Source of the DNA: Vicinamibacterales bacterium
GTDB taxonomy: Bacteria; Acidobacteriota; Vicinamibacteria; Vicinamibacterales; UBA2999
DNA length: 64,000 nt
NCBI GenBank assembly: GCA_050246635.1
Contig: JBFWVR010000005.1
Span: 43,095 to 107,094, forward strand
Direction of reading: 5' to 3'
The notes beneath the pieces were generated by a model. That model was not told where the DNA came from. It saw only the letters and a program-made list of their open reading frames with translations, and made no database searches. The translations under genes and the position numbers were made by a program. This document shows positions 59,568 to 64,000 of the stretch, in pieces; within the stretch, counting starts at the first letter, position 1; each line of letters begins with the position of its first letter.

Positions 59568-61328
59568 GTGCCCGCTCGGATGCCGTCCCCACTCGCCCGC
59601 CTGCTGCGCCTGATGCTGCGCCATCAGGGCGCCCTCGGCCTCGGCCTCACCGCCGTCGTGCTCTCGACCGGCATCACCCTCGCCGGGCCGTGGGTCCTCA
59701 AGCTGGCCGTGGACGACCTGACCGCGGCCGTCACCCGCGAGAAGCTCCTGTTCTACGCGGCGGCCATCCTCGGGGTCGCGCTGGCCGGCGGCGCGTTCCG
59801 CTTCGTCATGCGGCGCGCCATTGTCGGCGCCTCCCGCCGCTTCGAGTACGACGTGCGCAACCAGGTCTTCGCGCACCTGCAGCGCCTGCCCCCCGGCTTC
59901 TTCGCCACCCGCCGCACCGGCGACCTCATGTCGCGCACGACCAACGATCTGAACGCCGTGCGCATGATGGCCGGGCCGGCCGTCATGTATTCCGTCAGCA
60001 CCGCCCTCACCTTCATCGCGGCCGTCGCGCTGATGGCCGGCATGAACGGGCGCCTCACGCTCATCGCCCTCGTGCCCCTCCCCGTCGTCACGCTGTCGGT
60101 GCGGTACTTCGGCCGCGCCATCCACACACGGTTCGAGGCGATCCAGGCCCAGCTGTCGGAACTGTCGGCGGTGGTGCAGGAGGCCCTCGCCGGCGTGCGG
60201 GTCGTGCGCGCGTACGGGCAGGAAGCCCGCGAGCTCGAGCGGTTCCGCGCCGCCAACGCGGAGTACGTCGCCCGCAGCCGGGTGCTCATCCGGCTCCAGG
60301 GCCTGTACTACCCCAGCCTCTCGCTGCTGATGGGCCTGTCGGCCCTGCTCGTCCTCTGGCTCGGCAGCCGGGACGTCGTCGCCGGGCGGATGAGCGTGGG
60401 CGACCTGGTCGCATTCAACGCGTACCTGCTCATGCTCTCGTGGCCGATGATCGCGTTCGGGTGGGTCACCAACATGCTGCAGCGCGGCCTGGCGTCCTGG
60501 GGCCGCCTCCTGGAAATCCTCGACGTCGAGCCGGCCATCACCGACCGCGACGTGACGCACCCCGAGGTGCAGCCAGCCGATCTCCAGGGCGCCGTCGAGG
60601 TCCGGGATCTCCACTTCGGCTACGGCGGCGCACCCGTGCTCGACGGGGTGTCGTTCAGCGCGAGGGCCGGCGAGACCGTCGCGATCGTGGGCGCAACCGG
60701 ATCCGGGAAGTCGACGCTGCTCGGCCTGCTCGCCCGGCTCTACGACCCGCCGCCCGGCTCGGTGTTCGTGGACGGCATGGACGTCCGGACGCTGCCGCTC
60801 GCCACACTTCGTGGCGCGCTCGGCGTCGTGCCGCAGGAGGCGTTCCTGTTCTCGGATTCGCTCGGCGACAACGTGCGCTTCGGGCGGCCGTCCGCCTCGC
60901 TCGAGGACGTGCGCGCCGCAGCCGCGGTGGCCCGCCTCGACGTGGACGTCGCGGACTTCCCGCGCGGCTACGACACGATGGTGGGGGAGCGGGGCATCAC
61001 GTTGTCCGGCGGCCAGAAGCAGCGCACCGCCATCGCCCGCGCCGTCCTCGTCGACCCCCGCATCCTGGTCCTGGACGATGCGCTGTCGGCGGTGGACACG
61101 GGCACGGAGGACGCGATCCTGGCAAACCTGCGGAAGGTCCGCCAGGGCCGGACGACGTTCATCGTGTCGCACCGCGTCTCCACGATCCGGGACGCCGACC
61201 AGATCCTCGTGCTCGAGCGCGGACGGATCGTCGAACGCGGCACCCACGTCCGGCTGCTGACGGCAGGCGGCGTCTACGCCGCCATGGAAGCCCGGCAAAG
61301 GCTGGAACAGGAAGTGTCGGATTTCTAG
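59568..61328 (+). CDS. Heterodimeric ABC exporter subunit 1 (TMD+NBD)
   Basis: TGDLMSRTTNDL, GATGSGKST, LSGGQ, degenerate Walker B ILVLDD, SHR; start may be ATG 59580. Confidence 0.93.
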   Translation: MPARMPSPLARLLRLMLRHQGALGLGLTAVVLSTGITLAGPWVLKLAVDDLTAAVTREKLLFYAAAILGVALAGGAFRFVMRRAIVGASRRFEYDVRNQVFAHLQRLPPGFFATRRTGDLMSRTTNDLNAVRMMAGPAVMYSVSTALTFIAAVALMAGMNGRLTLIALVPLPVVTLSVRYFGRAIHTRFEAIQAQLSELSAVVQEALAGVRVVRAYGQEARELERFRAANAEYVARSRVLIRLQGLYYPSLSLLMGLSALLVLWLGSRDVVAGRMSVGDLVAFNAYLLMLSWPMIAFGWVTNMLQRGLASWGRLLEILDVEPAITDRDVTHPEVQPADLQGAVEVRDLHFGYGGAPVLDGVSFSARAGETVAIVGATGSGKSTLLGLLARLYDPPPGSVFVDGMDVRTLPLATLRGALGVVPQEAFLFSDSLGDNVRFGRPSASLEDVRAAAAVARLDVDVADFPRGYDTMVGERGITLSGGQKQRTAIARAVLVDPRILVLDDALSAVDTGTEDAILANLRKVRQGRTTFIVSHRVSTIRDADQILVLERGRIVERGTHVRLLTAGGVYAAMEARQRLEQEVSDF

Positions 61329-61330
61329 CA

Positions 61331-61638
61331 TCTGGTGATCTTGTGATCTCGTGATCTTGTGATTTGGATTGGTGGATTTGGGGGATTGAGGGATTGAGGG
61401 ATTCGAGCGGGGCGCGGCAGCGCGGGAGCTGTTGCGCCGTGAGACACCCTTATCTGTGCATCCAGCCTTCATCTGTGCATCCGTGTCTCTGACCTTTGTG
61501 CATGGCGTGTCTCTGACCTTTGTGCATCCGTGTCTCTGATATCTGTGCCATCTGTGCAATCTGTGGCCTGTGCCATCCGTGGCCTGCGCAATCTGTGGCC
61601 TGTGCAATCTGTGGCCTGTGAAATCTGTGGCCTGTGAA
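61331..61638. repeat. Composite intergenic tandem-repeat tract between the two ABC half-transporter genes
   Basis: tgtgatct x4, gggattga x3, gtgtctctgacctttgtgcat x2, atctgtggcctgtg x5. Confidence 0.85.
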
Positions 61639-61640
61639 AC

Positions 61641-63431
61641 ATGAGCGACATCGCTGCTGACGAGATTCTCGGCAAGGCCTACGATGCCCGCCTGATGCGG
61701 CGGCTGCTGGCGTTCCTGTGGCCCCACTGGCGGGCCGTGGTCGTGGCCTTCGTGGCCATCGTCGCCACCTCGCTGCTGGCGCTCGTGCCGCCCTTCCTCA
61801 TCCGGCAGGTGATCGATGTCCAGATCCCGGCCGGTGACCTGGATGGCCTGGCGATCACGGCCGCGCTGTACCTGGCGACGCTCGTCGCGCAGTACGGCGC
61901 CGAGTTCGTGCAGACGTGGACGCTGCAGATGACCGGGCAGCGCATCATGTTCGACCTGCGGATGGCGATCTACGCCCACCTGCAGCGGCTCGACCTGCGT
62001 TTCTACGACCGCAATCCCGTCGGCCGCCTCATGACACGCGTCACGACGGACGTCGACGCGCTGAACGATCTGTTCACGGCCGGGGTCGTCTCGGTCTTCG
62101 GCGACGTCTTCACGCTGGCCGGGATCATGGGCGTGATGCTGTGGCTCGACTGGCAGCTCGCGCTGGTCGCCTTCTCGGTGCTGCCGCTGATCGTGATCGC
62201 CACGCAGTGGTTCCGGCTCGGGGTGCGGGAGTCGTACCGGGCGGTCCGCATGTGGATTGCCCGCATCAACGCCTTCCTGCAGGAGAACATCACCGGCATG
62301 GCGACGGTGCAGCTGTTCCGGCGCGAAGGACGGAACTTCGAGGCCTTCGACGCGCTCGACCGCGGGCACCTCGAGGCGAACCTCTCGGGCATCACCTACT
62401 ACGCGGTGTTCTATCCGCTGATCGAGATCATCGCCGCCCTGGCCACCGCCCTGCTGATCTGGTTCGGCGGCGGCGACGTCATCCGCGGCACCGTCACCCT
62501 CGGCACCCTCGTCGCGTTCATCCAGTACGGCCAGCGCTTCTTCCGGCCGATCTCGGACCTGTCGGAGAAGTTCAACGTGCTCCAGGCCGCGATGGCGTCG
62601 TCCGAGCGGATTTTCGGGCTGCTGGACACCCCGGTGGAGATCAGCTCACCGGAGGCCGGCCGGGTGCCGGCACCGGTCGAGGGCCCTGGGCGCCGCACGA
62701 CGCCGTCGCGGATCGAGTTCGATCACGTCTGGTTCGCGTACACCGGTGAAGACTGGGTGCTGCGGGACGTGTCATTCGTAATCGAGCCGGGGGAGCGGGT
62801 CGGCATCGTCGGGGCGACGGGCGCGGGCAAGACGACGGTCATCAGCCTGCTGCTGCGATTCTACGACGTCAGCCGTGGCCGTATCCTGCTGGACGGCCGG
62901 GACATCCGCACCTTCGACCTGCACGCACTGCGGCGGCACTTCAGCCTCGTGCTCCAGGACGTGCACCTGTTCTCGGGCACGATTGCCGCGAACATCCGGC
63001 TCGGAGAATCGGGCATCGGGGACGAGGCGGTCCGTGCCGCGGCCGCGGCGGTAAAGGCGGACCGGTTCATCGACGAGTTGCCGGGCGGCTTCGACGCCCC
63101 CGTGGCGGAGCGCGGCGCGACGCTGTCGGTGGGGCAGAAGCAGCTGCTGTCGTTCGCCCGCGCGCTCGCCTTCAACCCACCGGTGCTGGTGCTCGACGAA
63201 GCGACGTCAAGCGTGGACACCGAGACCGAGATCCTGATCCGCGAGGCGTTGGGCACGCTGATGCGCGACCGTACGACCGTGGCCATCGCGCACCGCCTGT
63301 CGACCATCCAGGACATGGACCGCATCCTGGTGTTCCACAAGGGCCACCTGCGGGAGTCGGGTTCCCACCAGGCGCTGCTCGCCGAGCGCGGGCTCTACTA
63401 CCGCCTGTTCGCGCTGCAGTTCAACAACTGA
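61641..63431 (+). CDS. Heterodimeric ABC exporter subunit 2 (TMD+NBD)
   Basis: GRLMTRVTTDVDAL, GATGAGKTT, degenerate signature LSVGQ, canonical VLDEATS, AHR. Confidence 0.93.
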   Translation: MSDIAADEILGKAYDARLMRRLLAFLWPHWRAVVVAFVAIVATSLLALVPPFLIRQVIDVQIPAGDLDGLAITAALYLATLVAQYGAEFVQTWTLQMTGQRIMFDLRMAIYAHLQRLDLRFYDRNPVGRLMTRVTTDVDALNDLFTAGVVSVFGDVFTLAGIMGVMLWLDWQLALVAFSVLPLIVIATQWFRLGVRESYRAVRMWIARINAFLQENITGMATVQLFRREGRNFEAFDALDRGHLEANLSGITYYAVFYPLIEIIAALATALLIWFGGGDVIRGTVTLGTLVAFIQYGQRFFRPISDLSEKFNVLQAAMASSERIFGLLDTPVEISSPEAGRVPAPVEGPGRRTTPSRIEFDHVWFAYTGEDWVLRDVSFVIEPGERVGIVGATGAGKTTVISLLLRFYDVSRGRILLDGRDIRTFDLHALRRHFSLVLQDVHLFSGTIAANIRLGESGIGDEAVRAAAAAVKADRFIDELPGGFDAPVAERGATLSVGQKQLLSFARALAFNPPVLVLDEATSSVDTETEILIREALGTLMRDRTTVAIAHRLSTIQDMDRILVFHKGHLRESGSHQALLAERGLYYRLFALQFNN

Positions 63432-63434
63432 AGA

Positions 63435-63548
63435 AGAGAGAAACCAGAAAACGGAATCAAGAACGGCGACAAAGGGGGCAGACCCCTGTGTCGACTCCGC
63501 TCTCGATTCCGTTTTCCTGATTCCGTTTTCCTGATTCTGGATTCCCTG
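63435..63548. repeat. Inverted/tandem gattccgttttc repeat tract between convergent genes
   Basis: gaaaacggaatcaagaa ... gattccgttttcctgattccgttttcctgattc. Confidence 0.7.
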
Positions 63549-64000
63549 CTAGGACGGCGGCAGCGCGAACGGCATGGTCTGCTCGAGCGGCTTGGAGGGC
63601 AGCGGGCGCTCGGCGCGGGCGCGCTCCCGCTGGCGGAACAGGTTGTCCACCACGCTCGGGGCGCTGTTCTGCGGGTTCCAGCCCAGGCGCAGCACGGTGA
63701 CCTTCACCGGCCGCCGCCCGAACTGCAGGGCCTCCTTGCAGCTCCAGAGGTACAGATCGAGAATCCGCCCCTGGACCGCGGGGCCCGTGTCCATGATGGT
63801 CCAGATGCCCGAGTACTTCTCGACCGGGCTGTCGATGCGCACGACGGTGCCGACCGGCAGCAGCAGCGGGTCGGCGGCCGCGATGCCCGTGCGCACCCGC
63901 GCGCCGGAGGCGGTCGTCTCGCCCTTGCAGTAGGCCGTCGCGGTGAACGGCACCTGGGAGCCCGGCTGGGCCGCCGTGGCCGCTTCCGCGAAGATCGCCT
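63549..64000 (-). CDS. 3D-domain (MltA-like/Stationary-phase survival type) protein; 5' end outside the window
   Basis: FTATAYC, TTASG, AADP...LPVGT, DTGPAVQGRILDLY; frame stays open to the window edge. Confidence 0.85.
   Translation of the reverse strand, partial: AIFAEAATAAQPGSQVPFTATAYCKGETTASGARVRTGIAAADPLLLPVGTVVRIDSPVEKYSGIWTIMDTGPAVQGRILDLYLWSCKEALQFGRRPVKVTVLRLGWNPQNSAPSVVDNLFRQRERARAERPLPSKPLEQTMPFALPPS

Overview
High-GC bacterial chromosome window. The gene content (Oar-type TonB receptor, GT-C-like membrane proteins, amidase-GerMN-rph-rdgB operon) suggests Acidobacteriota/Vicinamibacterales, which is an inference. From left to right: a large secreted LTD/EEP nuclease (cut by the window edge and absent from the ORF track); the amidase-GerMN-rph-rdgB operon; a fused double GNAT with a tandem-repeat linker; sugE/gdx; a dienelactone hydrolase; a HemG-like flavodoxin; a co-oriented block of secreted deiminase-like gene, acvB/virJ, mprF, response regulator and sensor kinase; AI-2E and Gfo/Idh/MocA genes; a two-gene, three-module NRPS (C-C-A-T-C-A-T and C-A-T-TE with a Cys-type TE); a parDE plus GIY-YIG islet with REP-like repeats fused to the 3' CCA of the tmRNA gene; a TonB receptor and S9 peptidase; a GAF-like protein and lytic transglycosylase; an aminotransferase; three GT-C-like membrane proteins with a methyltransferase; an outer-membrane beta-barrel; cstA; a heterodimeric ABC exporter; and a partial 3D-domain gene. 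Top finding: an unannotated 40-codon ORF directly after cstA with an in-frame Cys-TGA followed by a SECIS-like hairpin, a candidate CstA-associated CU selenoprotein. Several families of 7-9-bp-period intergenic repeats recur through the window, and two tracts lie in frame inside protein-coding genes. All calls are from reading motifs by eye; no database searches were run.
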